Of a DNA stretch of 64,000 bases, positions 40,595 through 54,003 are shown one piece after another. The stretch covers positions 19,532,001 to 19,596,000 of the forward strand of contig OZ249436.1 in assembly GCA_965235115.1 (NCBI GenBank), given 5' to 3'. Under the pieces are notes generated by a model that was not told where the DNA came from, did not search any database, and saw only the letters and a list, made by a program, of their open reading frames with translations. This DNA is from Laetmonice hystrix (taxonomy: Eukaryota). Position numbers and translations under genes: made by a program. How positions within the stretch are numbered: the stretch's first letter is position 1; the number at the start of each line of letters is the position of its first letter.

Positions 40595-43055
40595 CGTCAA
40601 ACATAAGGGAGAAATGAGCCATGCAAGACTATCACTATGTGATATCGTCCTTTGATCCTGTAAACAGGATGAGGTCAGGGCGGGTCGGTGGTAAACTAAG
40701 CAAACGACGCAGCTGTTGCCGTGGGGTCCAGGGGTTGGGGGTGGGATAGTGGGGGAGTGATCCGTTTACTGCCAATTACCCTAATAACGGAACTACTTGG
40801 GCTCAATCCTGGTCAATGACTTCCCTTCGTCTATGGTTGCAGAAAAAAGCCAATCAATTTATTAAGTCTTTAAAGAGCACGTTAGCCCACAATTCAAGAG
40901 TGTTACACGTGTTATACATCAAAGTCAATTATGGTATTAGATGGATGCAGCCAGCCATCTGTGACTCAGTCCAGTCGAGTTAATATGGCTGATCCCCGGC
41001 AAAGTATTTAATGCACAGCCACGCCATGAATTCCTGATCGAGAAATTGATCGCGACACTGCTGCCCCCTGCAGGCTGGACTGGGAAGCTGCCAAAAGGCA
41101 CTGCTGCCAGCGAATTCGATTTATAATCCAAAATGGTGGGTGTCTCTTTGGGAACGGGCAGACAGGGTTATAATGGTGGGTGTCTTTTGGGAACAGGCAG
41201 ACAGGGTTATTTTCAGCATAATTTATTTCTAAATCTGATAAAGATTGAGTCAGGCGTGGAATGGTTTTAGATCTCAACCTGACTGAGCTGTGAAGTAGGT
41301 TGATTAGTCCGATCAGACGTGCGGATGGTACTTCATGTTCTGCAGTCTCAGCTCCGACCATCACGACGGCACGAACACGGCACGTACATACCATGCCACA
41401 GACTGTGTAGTCTGTTCTATACGCGGCGTGCGAATCGTTATGATGGGAACTATTTAAGTAGATATGAAGTACGGTTATGTGTAACGGCTTATAATGTGTT
41501 TGACAAGAGACTTCCACGTTATATCGAGACAGCCTTGCCACCCGAACATGGTCCGCCTCAGTTTTAGATGAGACAACCGTTTACATGTTGTGGACGAGCA
41601 GTGGACTCAGAATTACCACAATCTAATACCGGAACAATTCTTTTGACAGTAAATTGATTTAATTGAGCAATTACCATGGAAATAAGATTTTATGATAATT
41701 TTCCACTTGACCTGCATGCTGTGGCTGTGATGCCCGGTTGTCAGGCTCGTAGCTGCCATCGCGGTCTGACGTCTTCCCGAGTAGCCTCTAATTTAGCACA
41801 CTGAACATCGATCAGTAACATGAGTCTAGAGAGAAAGGGAGAGGGAGAAGACGAACCTAAGAATAAAAACCATGAATGCAGTCCCCTTGATCCCCCATTG
41901 ATTGCCCCCTTGATGGCAGGTTTGGTCCTTGGGGGATTCCCTGTGGGGGATTCCCTGTGGGGGATTCCCTGTCGCCTATCTATATGTATTTATAACATGT
42001 TCAGGTTTCCGTGCATTAATGATCTTGTAACCACAATAACCTAGAGCCTGAGCTGGGCCGTCCAATGAAATCGTCAATGAATATATTTTGTTGGAAAATT
42101 GCTCAAATAAACTGCCCCAAATCATGGCGGAGATAAATATTTCACCCCCAAAGGAGTTGGCAGGAAAGAAAATCCAACCCGTCCTGCCATGAAAAATGTA
42201 GGATTCCAGTCGCCTTTGTAAAGCCACGAAAATGGCAAGGCGAAAACTCCAGCCGGCTCAGCCTTCGTTATAGTGCCCCCCCCCTCCACCCTCCATGCAG
42301 GAGATGGATGTACATACAACCAGATTTGTCATCACTATTAAAACGCGTACGCCTTACAGGAACAGTCCTTGTTAAAGACTTTTCCTCTCCCTAGCCGCGG
42401 GCACGCCTTCCTATCAACGCACTTGTCCTCTCTGCTCCAAACACTTTCTTCAGTACACAATCACATCAAGCTGGGAATCGGATAAGAGAATTATCTCTTC
42501 TGATAATAGTATAATCTGAGTTAGGCAGCGTGCCGTGCAAGTAGAGCGCCAAGCCAGCCATGAGGCGAATATGGAGTGAATGAATTGAGCGAGGTAACGC
42601 GGGCGGTACCCGTCAACTAACCAGTCAAATCTAAAATCATTTTATGATCAATCTGGTCCCGTCTGGTGAAGTGGCGTGAACCTGCCCACCTACAGCTGGC
42701 GAGGGAATGAATACACGGGTGGATGCCATTAGATGCTTCAGTATATCCATGGAAACGGATGCTGTGGCTCCCAACATCACACCCAGTGTGACACAACGCC
42801 AAATTACCTGTCGGCCTCAAATAGTTCTGTCTTTGTTTTAACGTCGAGGACATTTCCCAAAGAAACCCGTGCACTCGGTGTGTTCCGTTACAACATGGAG
42901 GACAGGAATGACTCAGCAATTTAACCGACCAGTAAAGATAGACTGGAAATCTGTGAATTATCGCGAGTTCTGTCATTATCTCCACGCTGCAGGCTTAGAC
43001 AGACACTCTGTCATTCTGACTCAACCCATGGCAGACTCAAATAACGTGATGTTAA

Positions 43056-43716
43056 AGTTCCATCGTAAGTATCTTCGAAAATAAAACACTTACCTGTCCC
43101 CTATAGCCACCTATTGACATATATATGAAGACACACTGTTGCTGCAATATACTGCAGTATGATGACTTCTGTTAACTAAAATTCGGACCGAAGCTAAAAC
43201 ATGATAATTAGCAGGAGTTTGAATTTGCCTCCGCTCTCTGAAAGGGGCGCTGCAAATGACGTCGAACAACATCCCATAATAGTCCTAGGTCTTCAGGTAT
43301 CGCTCCACCATATTTGATCATCATCAGACGCTTGCTTAGTAAATATGCCTCCGAGGGACGAAAGTCGATGTATGCAACAGAATCAGCTAAAAAGCTGAGA
43401 AAGAATGAGTTGGTCAGAAGATGTGACAGTGCTCGTAGAATTGAAAAAGATCGGTGGATGGCCTTGAAACCCCACGCTCCGACTAGTCCGAGCGTCACCT
43501 GAGACTATGAGAGTCGCTGAAACTCACGCGTGGGAATGCCGCTCCAAAATGGCCAAGCGGTTCGAAGGTAGAACGTTGGATTGCAACGGAGCCAGCTGAG
43601 CGTTCTCACATTGCATTTGGTTGGTCTCACTTCAATTTATTTGAGTTTTACATGTGACACTAAGCTGATTTATATGGCAGGGTGTCGATATTACAGGTTT
43701 TAAAAATAGTGAACCT
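43056..43716. mobile_element. Kolobok-like non-autonomous DNA transposon (family B), left end degenerate
   Basis: Right end ...gtgaacct|TTAA (43717-43720); degenerate left end TTAA|agttccat (43052-43055). Segment 43453-43720 recurs inverted at 55216-56304. Confidence 0.5.
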
Positions 43717-43767
43717 TTAAACTGTCTTTAATTCAACGTTTCTGTAACTAAATGGAGTTTATTTTAA

Positions 43768-44989
43768 AGGAGAAGACCAGTCAAAAATCACATTTGGACA
43801 GCTGCAAGGCCTCTATACTCACCTTTCAGAGTAGTGGTTGGAAATAAATGTCCCCCTATTCCAAGAAGTCATATATTGAACATGACAACCGTGTCAAAAT
43901 CACTGGCTTCAGCAGCGCAGCCATTTGTTGCTATTGGGCTGACCGGAAGTGACGTTCCAGGGCTAATCTTTTGCATGCCAGGGCTAGGCTATACTAGGCT
44001 AAAGGCAGCCGAGGCGGGTGGCAAATCGACGGGGGTCAGTCCCACAGTCACAGTCACAGCTAAACGCAGCAGGTCTGTGCTGACTATGCTGACACTGCCA
44101 TTGCTCGCGGCCGTAGTCAGAGTGGCGCCGGGCCTCCCGTCAACATCCCACGCATGCACGAATCCAAGTGGGACGAATGCAGGCGGCCGAAACCCACGGC
44201 TGCCCAGATCCGTGTCCACCCTGATATGTCCCCTGACATCGGTAGGCTTTTCCTAGCCATTCGTCATCACTATCGATGGTTTTCGTCTATGTTCTAACAA
44301 ATTTTGCTTATAAGCTGTCAACGTTCGCTGCCTTCCAAATCGATCAACGCAACAGGGCCCCGTTTCATAACTAACAGCGAACGCACACTAATAACGCACA
44401 AGTGCGTTATTAGCGAACGATGAAGATAGCGATAGTTGCGTTAAAGTGTTTCATAAGCATGTTACAATTGTCCCCGGTCTCCCCTGCTTTTCAATTTAAG
44501 TATCCACGTTACGTATTTTCGTAGAATTGTCAGCTTTATGTCTCATAATGGGAAGTTAGCGCAGACCCTTATAGGTGCGCGTTAATTAAACGATTTTAGA
44601 GCCAGACAACGCGCGCTATGAACGCATAGTGCGTGGCGTTATTAGTTATGCAACACATTAACCTCAAATGAAGCTATTTGCGCATCTGCGTTAATAACGC
44701 AGCTGCGTTATTAGTCATGAAACGGGGCCCAGGTGCGTCAGCTTTCAGTTCCTCCCAAACTGGAGAGCAGTCGTGCTGCGCATGCTCGCCTAGGGCGAGC
44801 ATGCACACTTTGAGATTAGCCCAAGGAATGGCGGCCTTCACCAGCTGAGCAGGTTGTAAGAAGCCTCCGGCACTAAAGTGCCTATATCTTAACCATCTGA
44901 GCACCAATTGTGTTCAAATATTCTTTAACTTGCTTAGAATATCACGGCATGTGTACCTGGCCTATACAGACTGGCGATGGTCTTTTCTT
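43768..44989. mobile_element. Kolobok-like non-autonomous element
   Basis: TTAA|aggagaagacca ... tggtcttttctt|TTAA: imperfect TIR, TTAA target site duplication and purine-rich terminus typical of Kolobok/T2-MITEs. Confidence 0.6.
44356..44729. mobile_element. MITE with 3-bp CAG target site duplication (PIF/Harbinger-like), nested in the preceding element
   Basis: CAG|ggccccgtttcataactaa ... ttagtcatgaaacggggcc|CAG. Confidence 0.85.
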
Positions 44990-45167
44990 TTAACTACTAG
45001 ATTGATCCGCGATGATCACCCACCACAATTCATCCTTTTCATCACCTCTGTAGTTCTAGTTATGATGGTGGGTACACCAAACAGAGAGTGAGCTGTGCCG
45101 GAAGTCCCTCTAGGCCTACTGCTCTGCGAAACCCCCATTTTTAGGGGTGAAGCGGCACGTGCTGTGA

Positions 45168-45731
45168 CAATCGGGAATCCTCGGGCATATCTTCGATAGT
45201 AGCCTCGGGTGAATTTAGCGCCATTTTGAGCATTGCATGGCGGGTACATTGAGCCGGGACTCTGGCCATCATGGCAGTGCTTGCAGTATTTTGTCTGCAT
45301 CAGGCATGGCAACAACTAAAATAGGCCTCTAGTGCTCTTCCCAAAGCCAGTTGGAAATATTACGATAGTCTCATGTTCATGATACAAGTAGCCCTACCAT
45401 GTGTCGTGTTGTTGTCGTTCATGGGCGCGGCCATATTGCTTCCCATAATTTGATAAATTATCGTATCACGCCGATTAAGATAAATAGATTCCTTTTCTTC
45501 TTCAAACGTTCCCCTTCATACCAGAAATTTATATTTGCACCTACAACGCCGAAGGAGCAGGTTTCAATAATGCACTACTTCCTGGCTCGATTGGATATGA
45601 CAGTTCACTCAGTGCCTCGCTACACAGGTCCATTTCCTCATGTATCTGGTTGCCATAATGGCGCTCAATTCACCCGAGGGTATTTTCTAATAGCAGGAAG
45701 TGACGTCAAATGCCCGAGGGAATCCCGAATG
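45168..45731. mobile_element. MULE/Mutator-like MITE with 9-bp target site duplication
   Basis: GTGCTGTGA on both sides (45159-45167 and 45732-45740); long imperfect TIRs caatcgggaatcctcgggcat...cctcgggtgaatttagcgccatt and their inverse. Confidence 0.85.
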
Positions 45732-47261
45732 GTGCTGTGAGTGCCAGTTTGAGGAAATAACTGGCGCCACCTGGTGAGTATGATTGTCAGGCTGAACGCG
45801 CGCCCCCCCTAAATCCGCCACTGCCAGGTGTGTGTAATGCTGACATCCCCAGGTGTGTGTAACTCTCCAAATTACAGCGCTCCATGTTAAAGCGCTCCAT
45901 ATTACAGTCGGGGGGGGGGGATTCCCGACCTATCATCGCGTTCGCCTTCAATGTGGCCAACTCAAACATCAGACCCGTCCTGCCAGCGTCCGTGGCTGAA
46001 TAATTACGGCGAAGGGCGCGATTATCAAGGTCAAACTAATGACCTTTGTCAATCCTGAGGTTTTTGTATTCACTCCATGATGTGGAGCCGGTCAGAATAT
46101 GTAATCATGGGACTCACCGCTGCTACAGTTAGACCAATCAGCCGGGGAACGGGTCTGCGTGAAATTGAAAAATAACTCGGGCGATAATGAGGGGTCCTTG
46201 AATCGGAACCAGACATGGTGTGGCGGCTGGGGGGGGGGGGGGGGGACTCGCAGGACGATCAATATTAACAATTGCCAGCGTCTGTGTCAACACTCTTTGT
46301 TACCATAGCTATGGATTTCATATGGACAGAACGGGGAGCCTTCCTCGTTTCTACTTTTTTCTTTTTTTTCCTCTCTCTTCAAAGAGAGCTTCGCGTTAAA
46401 GGGGTTTATGGGAACTTGACAGTAGGACAGAAGAGAAAGCATCCAGCGAAGGGAAAAACACGGTCTGAGATCACAAGAATTCCTGTAAGATATAGAGGGC
46501 ACGTAGATTTATCTATAACCGCTGTGAGATGGGGCCTGCAGGGCGTGGGAATGCCACTTGCGAGCGTCCCTATTGTTCCAATTGACAACAATACTTGGAG
46601 AAGCACTCGACCCTCTAACCGACAGTGGTAACAATATTTTTCAGGAGGCGTGCGCCTCACGCTATCTTTGTATAAACAATATATTGCAGGAGGCGTGCGC
46701 CTCACGCTATCTTTGTATAAAACATGGCACATGGCGGTGGCGGCAGCCTGCTGGATAAGAGAACACTTTCACCCCCCCCCCCCATGAGAGGTATCAGTTC
46801 TTGGCTGGCGGTCTGCCATGTACGCAGCCAAATTATCCGTGTTTCCCGGTGAGCATCGGTGTGATACTGTCCAGACCTGACCAGTTCACTGGGCCACTCC
46901 CGGTCTGCAGGCGCTATTGATCACACCCCCACACACCCACACCCTACCCCACCCACCACACACACACACACCCCTCAGTGTCGCCAACCACAGAGACATG
47001 AATCTCCCCTATCTATAGGAACCCCCCGTCCTCATCCATCACATGGCCAGTCCCGCACACAACCAACCATAATGTAATTCAAACTTCGGTAACTCCACCG
47101 CCGCGGATGGTACAGAATCCAAGATATGTCTCCTAATCTCATCACCATTCACAGAAATATGAATATATATCAGGATGGAGCCACGCACAGAGAGTCATAC
47201 CTATTGTTGTCCTCACCGAGATGTTTCTACGTTCCAAACATCCAGGGTATGATAATCAATT

Positions 47262-47530
47262 GTTTGTAAATCAAGTCCTGAAGTAGGTTCCCAGCGGTAG
47301 TTAGTGGGTTGGTATTTTGTAAATCAAGTCCTGAAGTAGGCTCCCAGCGGTAGTTAGTGGGTTGGTGTTTTGTAAATCAAGTCCTAAAGTAGGTTCCCAG
47401 CATAGTTAGTAGGTTGGTATTTTGTAAATCAAGTCCTGAAGTAGGCTCCCAGCGGTAGTTAGTGGGTTGGTGTTTTGTAAATCAAGTCCTGAAGTAGGCT
47501 CCCAGCGGTAGTTAGTGGGATGGTGTTTTG
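47262..47530. repeat. Tandem repeat, 53-bp unit, ~5 copies
   Basis: Unit ttgtaaatcaagtcctgaagtagg(t/c)tcccagcggtagttagtgggttggt(a/g)tt. Confidence 0.93.
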
Positions 47531-47937
47531 TTTCATTTCCTTCCTAAAGGACTGAAACTAAAAACAATATCAAAGACAAGTCGCGTGTTCTTATGTGTGT
47601 GTGTGGGGGGGGGGGGGGGAGGGGGGTGGCCTTGGGTGAGTGGGTTTGGGGGGGGGGGCTCCTTCTTTCTTTCCTTGTTTTTTTTGGGGGGGGGAGGGGG
47701 GGGTGGCCTTGGGTGAGTGGGTTTGGGGGGGGGGGGCTCCTTCTTTCTTTCCTTGTTTTTTTATCTTTTCTTGTAAAAGGCCAATGTTTACTCAATTCTC
47801 CCATCTGTTTAAAAGAGGCGATTGTGAAAATTAAAGATAAACCGGTGTGGGACGGTCACTACATCTGGTGGCAGAAACGGTACTAATATTTCGTATTGGA
47901 TTAAACTGGCGTGATATTCAACAAAATGAAAGTAATA

Positions 47938-48394
47938 CCAAAGTTCTAATTTTTTTGTGTATAGCATAGTCATAGTATAAGCTTTCAAATAAACCACAAA
48001 AATTATAGGTTTTTATTCTTATTTTCGAGAAAAGGATGGGTTAAGATTGGTCAATTTAACATTGAACTCAATGAAACACGTTTTTTTGCATTGAAGCTTT
48101 TCCACTCTACATCAAAAATTAGAACGGTGACCTACCTTTTTCTCTCTCGTTTAAAATGATCAATATTGTCCAAAGATGAATACACGTAGAAATTGGAAGA
48201 ATAGTATTAGCAGAAGTAGTTCAGCGGAAGTAAAAACGTCCCAGAAGGTCTATATCCCCATTGAATCCTATGTTAAATTGATCAATCTTTACCCGTCATT
48301 TTCTCGAAAATTAGCACGGTGACCTATCATTTTTAATGCTTTATTTTGAAGCTTATACAATGGCTATGCTATACACAAAAAATTAGAACTTTGG
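47938..48394. mobile_element. Fold-back/MITE-like element with ~55-bp inverted repeats
   Basis: ccaaagttctaatttttttgtgtatagcatagtcatagtataagctt is mirrored by aagcttatacaatggctatgctatacacaaaaaattagaactttgg. No clear target site duplication. Confidence 0.65.
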
Positions 48395-48719
48395 AATTCC
48401 TGGGCTCACTCATGTGTATACTTACAGGTAAACACAAATTTTAACCATACTGTATAACAGTTTCCAGTTTTACCTATATTACCATCCGTGCATGGATATC
48501 TTCACAATAAATTATGTTTCCAGACCCCAAATACAGAATTAAAGAATCATTGCTGGGAGGTGATCGGCAATAACTCTGACATGCCATTTTTTCTTGATCC
48601 TCATCAAGTATTTAACCGTGGCGGTTGTCGGCATTCATCCTGATAAAGAAACTAACGATAATTACCCGGATCATGGTGGGTCTGTAAATTGTAAGGCTGT
48701 CTCCACACACTCTCCACTA

Positions 48720-49596
48720 CCCCTCCCCACACCCTCAACATTTAACCAGCCGTTAGACTACCGTCTTTACAACCCTCCCCACACCCTCAACATTTAACCA
48801 GCCGTTAGACTACCGTCTTTACAACCCTCTCCACACCCTCAACATTTAACCAGCCGTTAGCCTACCGTCTTTACAACCCTCTCCACACCCTCAACATTTA
48901 ACCAGCCGTTAGACTACCGTCTTTACAACCCTCCCCACACCCTCAACATTTAACCATCCGTTAGACTACCGTCTTTACAACCCTCCCCACACCCTCAACA
49001 ATTTACCATCCGTTAGACTACCGTCTTTACAACCCTACCCGCACCCTCAACAATTTACCATCCGTTAGACTACTGTCTTTACAACCCTACCCGCACCCTC
49101 AACAATTTACCATCCGTTAGACTACCGTCTTTACAACCCTCCCCACACCCTCAACATTTAACCAGCCGTTAGACTACCGTCTTTACAACCCTACCCGCAC
49201 CCTCAACATTTAACCAGCCGTTAGACTACCGTCTTTACAACCCTCCCCACACCCTCAACATTTAACCAGCCGTTAGACTACCGTCTTTACAACCCTACCC
49301 GCTCCCTCAACAATTTACCATCCGTTAGACTACCGTCTTTACAACCCTCTCCGCACCCTCAACAATTGACAGCCGTTAGACTACCGTCTTTACAACCCTC
49401 CCCACACCCTCAACAATTGACAGCCGTTAGACTGCCGTCTTTACAACCCTCCCCTCACCCTCAACAATTTACCATCCGTTAGACTACCGTCTTTACAACC
49501 CTACCCGCACCCTCAACAATTAACAGCCGTTAGACTACCGCCTTTACAACCCTCCCCGCACCCTCAACAATTGGCAGCCGTTAGACTACCGTCTTT
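48720..49596. repeat. Minisatellite, 52-bp unit, ~17 copies
   Basis: Unit ccctccccacaccctcaacatttaaccagccgttagactaccgtctttacaa. Confidence 0.96.
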
Positions 49597-50049
49597 ATCC
49601 TTGAACTTACCCCGGCATGGTCCGTCAGGTCAATTATTGATGAGGCATTACCTGAGGGAAGAGCTGGCGAGTTGTTAATAGAGTACACATGTCTGGCACA
49701 CTTACTTTTTGTAGGAGCTGAATTCACCTCTTCCCGTCGGGTTACACACATTCAACTCTCTATCCGTCGTTTTCTACTATGTAGTAGAGTCGCTGAAAAA
49801 CACCATATACTGGGGAGATAACTGAACATCCATCCTTCCTGTAAGTGGCTAACGTTGGTAGTTCGACACCGTGTCGGGAACTATAAAACCATCTTCATCC
49901 CGTATCCTTGCTATAAGCTATAAAGTTGATTTTCCTCACCGCCCTAACGACAATCTCTCAGTTATTGATTCCTTCTCCACTCAACACGCCCTGAAAAAGT
50001 TGGCGAGTGATCTCACTAACATAAAATCCACATTTCGTATACTACTTAG

Positions 50050-51458
50050 ACTGGCTGGGTGGCTGGGTGGTTGGCCTGGTGACTGGTTGACTGGCTGGGT
50101 GGCTGGCCTGGTGGCTGGCTGACTTGTTGGTTGTCTGGCTAGCCTGGTGACTGGTTGACTGGCTGGGTGGATGGCCTGGTTGCTGGCTGACTTGTTGTTT
50201 GTCTGGCTAGCCTGGTGACTGGTTTGACTAGCTGGGTGGATGGCCTGGTTGCTGGCTGACTTGTTGTTTGTCTGGCTAGCCTGGTGACTGGTTTGACTAG
50301 CTGGGTGGATGGCCTGGTGGCTGGCCTGGTGGCTGGCTGACGTGTTGGTTGTCTGGCAAGCCTGGTGACTGGTTGACTGGCTGGCCTGGTGGCTGGCTGA
50401 CTTGGCTGTCTAGCTAGCCTGGTGACTGGTTGACTAGCTGGGTGGCTGGCCTGGCGGCTGGCTGACTTGTTAGTTGTCTGGCTAGCCTGGTGACTGGTTG
50501 ACTGGCTGGGTGGCTGGCCTGGTGGCTGGCTGACTTGTTGGTTGTCTGGCTAGCCTGGTGACTGGTTGACTGGCTGGGTGGATGGCCTGGTTGCTGGCTG
50601 ACTTGTTGTTTGTCTGGCTAGCCTGGTGACTGGTTTGACTAGCTGGGTGGATGGCCTGGTGGCTGGCCTGGTGGCTGGCTGACGTGTTGGTTGTCTGGCA
50701 AGCCTGGTGACTGGTTGACTGGCTGGCCTGGTGGCTGGCTGACTTGGCTGTCTAGCTAGCCTGGTGACTGGTTGACTAGCTGGGTGGCTGGCCTGGCGGC
50801 TGGCTGACTTGTTAGTTGTCTGGCTAGCCTGGTGACTGGTTGACTAGCTGGGTGGATGGCCTGGTGGCTGGCTGACTTGTTGTTTGTCTGGCTAGCCTGG
50901 TGACTGGTTGACTGGTTGGCCTGGTGGCTGGCTGACTTGGCTGTCTAGCTAGCCTGGTGACTGGTTGACTAGCTGGGTGGCTGGCCTGGCGGCTGGCTGA
51001 CTTGTTAGTTGTCTGGCTAGCCTGGTGACTGGTTGACTAGCTGGGTGGATGGCCTGGTGGCTGGCAGACTGGCCTGGTGATTGGTTAACTGGCTGGGTCG
51101 CTGGCCGGCTGGCCTGGTGACTGGTTGACTAGCTGGGTGGCTGGCCTGGCGGCTGGCTGAATTGTTGGTTGTCTGGCTAGCCTGGTGACTGGTTGACTAG
51201 CTGGGTGGCTGGCCTGGTGGCTGGCCTGGCGGCTGGCTGAATTGTTGGTTGTCTGGCTAGCCTGGTGACTGGTTGACTGGCTGGGTGGCTGGCCTGGTGG
51301 CTGGCTGACTTGGCTGTCTGGCTAGCCTGGTGACTGGTTGACTAGCTGGGTGGATGGCCTGGTTGCTGGCTGACTTGTTGGTTGTCTGGCTAGCCTGGTG
51401 ACTGGTTGACTGGCTGGGTGGCTGGCCTGGCGGCTGGCTGAATTGTTGGTTGTCTGGT
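50050..51458. repeat. Degenerate (GGCT)-derived satellite with ~60-70-bp units and larger block duplications
   Basis: Recurring ggctagcctggtgactggttgact(a/g)gctgggtgg; rare variants (gacgtgttgg, ggcaagcc) repeat ~340 bp apart. Confidence 0.95.
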
Positions 51459-52049
51459 GATGCAGCCTTTTGACGAGTGGATAATCTGTCCTGAGAGAGT
51501 TGTCCACACGACTCGTTCCCACTAAAATGTATTAGTACCCAGCATGTCTCTGACTGCTCGTCCTCAAACTAACCGTCTCCCGGCACCGAGCGGTCGGCTC
51601 TCCATCAGGTCTCGTCCGTCAACACGCCGGCACACCGACCTCTGACAGTGTATCCTGCCGCTGGTTCACGGTCCCACACCTGGTCGGAGACACTGCTATC
51701 GTAACCTTGTCACTGCTTGCTTGACACTCATCTCCAGGGTGGACAGTATAGTTAGTGGCGGCATCTAAGGCGGGAGGGTTGGCGGGGCGGGGCGGGGCCT
51801 GGACCGGCGAGAGGTTTGCCGGCGGGGGGGGGGGGGGGTAGTAGAGGGGCGGTTAGGGACTTAGGCCGGGGGGTAGGCGGGGGTGGCTGGGGCCTACTTG
51901 AATAACGGGGGGATGTCCCCGAGTGGCGACAATCCCGTTCTGTGGACATCCTGCATGGCGACATTCCCTCATCACTGGGTTAGCTGGGAAGGACATTTTA
52001 ATGGAACAGTTTGAATTGGGATGTATGAGTTGCTGGGACTTTGGCCCGA

Positions 52050-52470
52050 GGGGGGGGGATATAGCACAGGGGCGGCCGGGGCCGGGGGGGGGGGGTCTAG
52101 CACAGGGGCGGCCGGGGTCGGGGGGGGGGGGGTATAGCACAGGGGCGGCTGGGGCGGGGGTATAGCACAGGGCCGGGGGGGGGGGTATAGCACAGGGGCG
52201 GCCGGGGCCGGGGGGGGGGGGGGTCTAGCACAGGGGCGGCCGGGGTCGGGGGGGGGGGTATAGCACAGGGGCGGCTGGGGCGGGGGTATAGCACAGGGCC
52301 GGGGGGGGGGTATAGCACAGGGGCGGCCGGGGGGGTATAGCACAGGGGCGGCCGGGGCCGGGGGGGGGGGGTATAGCACAGGGGCGGCCGGGGCGGGGGG
52401 GGGGGGGTATAGCACAGGGGCGGCCGGGGCGTGGGGGGGGGGGGGTATAGCACAGGGGCGGCCGGGGCCG
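52050..52470. repeat. GC-rich tandem repeat (gtatagcacaggggcggccgggg plus variable G runs), ~13 copies
   Basis: Seen directly. Confidence 0.93.
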
Positions 52471-53745
52471 GGGAGGCGGGACCTGGGCGAGCGGTGACCG
52501 AGAAGCGGGCATACCGGGCCCGGGGTGAAGGTAACCGGGCACAAGCTAATCACCCTCGCTGACTCCGGTTGACACCGCCATAGACGGATTGTCGGATGTT
52601 GGGGACATCTTCAAGCTAATGGTCCTTCCTAAATCTGACCCGAGATAGAGACCGAAATATTAAGTGCAGACCTCAGCGACTGGGATGCCTAGATTTTGAG
52701 GAAGTTGAGTTCATTTTCGAATATTATGACCCCAAATCGACTAGATAAAGCAGAAAAAAAATTACTTTTAGCACAAAGATCCTACGGGATTAGGCCTATT
52801 TTCATACTTTGTCTATAATCTGGTAATGAAGCATACACTTCCATGTGCACCTACGAAATGTTCTTACCTGGGGCTCTACCCTTGCGGCCGAGCAAACACT
52901 GGTATCAGCATAGATCTAGAGGCTTTGTGAGTGAGTGGATTTGTGCTTTTAGAAGCTGGACGTTGCCATGGCGACCATTCTTTGTGTTTATACTTCCTTT
53001 AAAATATCTACGTTAGAACGCTGCTGGAAATCCTGTCATAGTAGGTCCTTTTTAAAATGGGCATTATGAATAATATATATGTATAATGTGACATTTAGCG
53101 GTGCCAACATAATTAGGGCCTACTATAGGCCTAATATGGTTATAGTATACATGTGCTATGAGGAGAGACTACATGAGCTCCGCCGACGGTACGCAGTGCC
53201 CTCTATCGTTTCTTTCCTGGGGACTCGTGCCGACAGATGGCGCCAGTAGTAAGGCTGCGGGTTGGCCCATTGATGAAACTGGTTCTCGCGGAGAAATCCA
53301 TTGACATGCACAAGAATATTACAAATAGCAGCACCACTGAGTGCCCCCAGGGCATATTGTGGCAAAACCGCATCACCAGCCTTCCGCTGTAATATATAAC
53401 TATTTTTATCCCTAAATCCCTGAAAGCGTTTAAGTTTTGTAAAATAGAAACTCTGATGGCAAGCAATTGCAATAGAGGCCCCTACGGGTAGAGAATGCCA
53501 TTTCCCAAATGGATTTCTATCACTATCTACAGTTTTTTATTTAATTCATTTAATTTGTCCGTTCTGTGATTCGGCCATCTGTTCCCCGTTTAGATGTGGA
53601 AGATATTGATCTGGTTGGTGTTTGGGTTGAAAGAATGGGGGGAAATTTTTTAAAAATCCGGGGGAGGCCTCCTAGACTCCCCTTCGGTGCTTGCGGGACA
53701 CCACACACCAGCCACTCTCAGCGCCCCCCCCCCCATCAACAAAAT

Positions 53746-54003
53746 GTCTGTTTCTAGACATATTTTTAATAGTGACTCATCTGTTTCTAGACATGTATAT
53801 TGTTTCTAGGTTACTTGACTTGTCTGTTTCTAGACATATTGTTTCTAGTTTACTTGACTTGTCTGTTTCTAGACATATTGTTTCTAGTTTACTTGACTTG
53901 TCTGTTTCTAGACATATTGTTTCTAGTTTACTTGACTTGTCTGTTTCTAGACATATTGTTTCTAGTTTACTTGACTTGCCTGTTTCTAGACATATTGTTT
54001 AGT
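53746..54003. repeat. Tandem repeat, 39-bp unit, ~6 copies
   Basis: Unit gtctgtttctagacatattgtttctagtttacttgactt. Confidence 0.93.

Noticed and set aside
39566..40622. Proline-rich extensin-like ORFs of more than 300 aa
   Set aside because: A low-complexity G/C satellite lacks stops in most frames; there is no evidence of coding.
43085..43830. Strong minus-strand donors (cttacctg near 43090, ctcacc near 43820) as further exons of the non-coding transcript
   Set aside because: Both lie just inside termini of TTAA-flanked transposons and have no convincing acceptor partner.
51972..52553. Proline-rich ORFs
   Set aside because: GC-rich tandem repeat with variable G-run lengths that break the frame.
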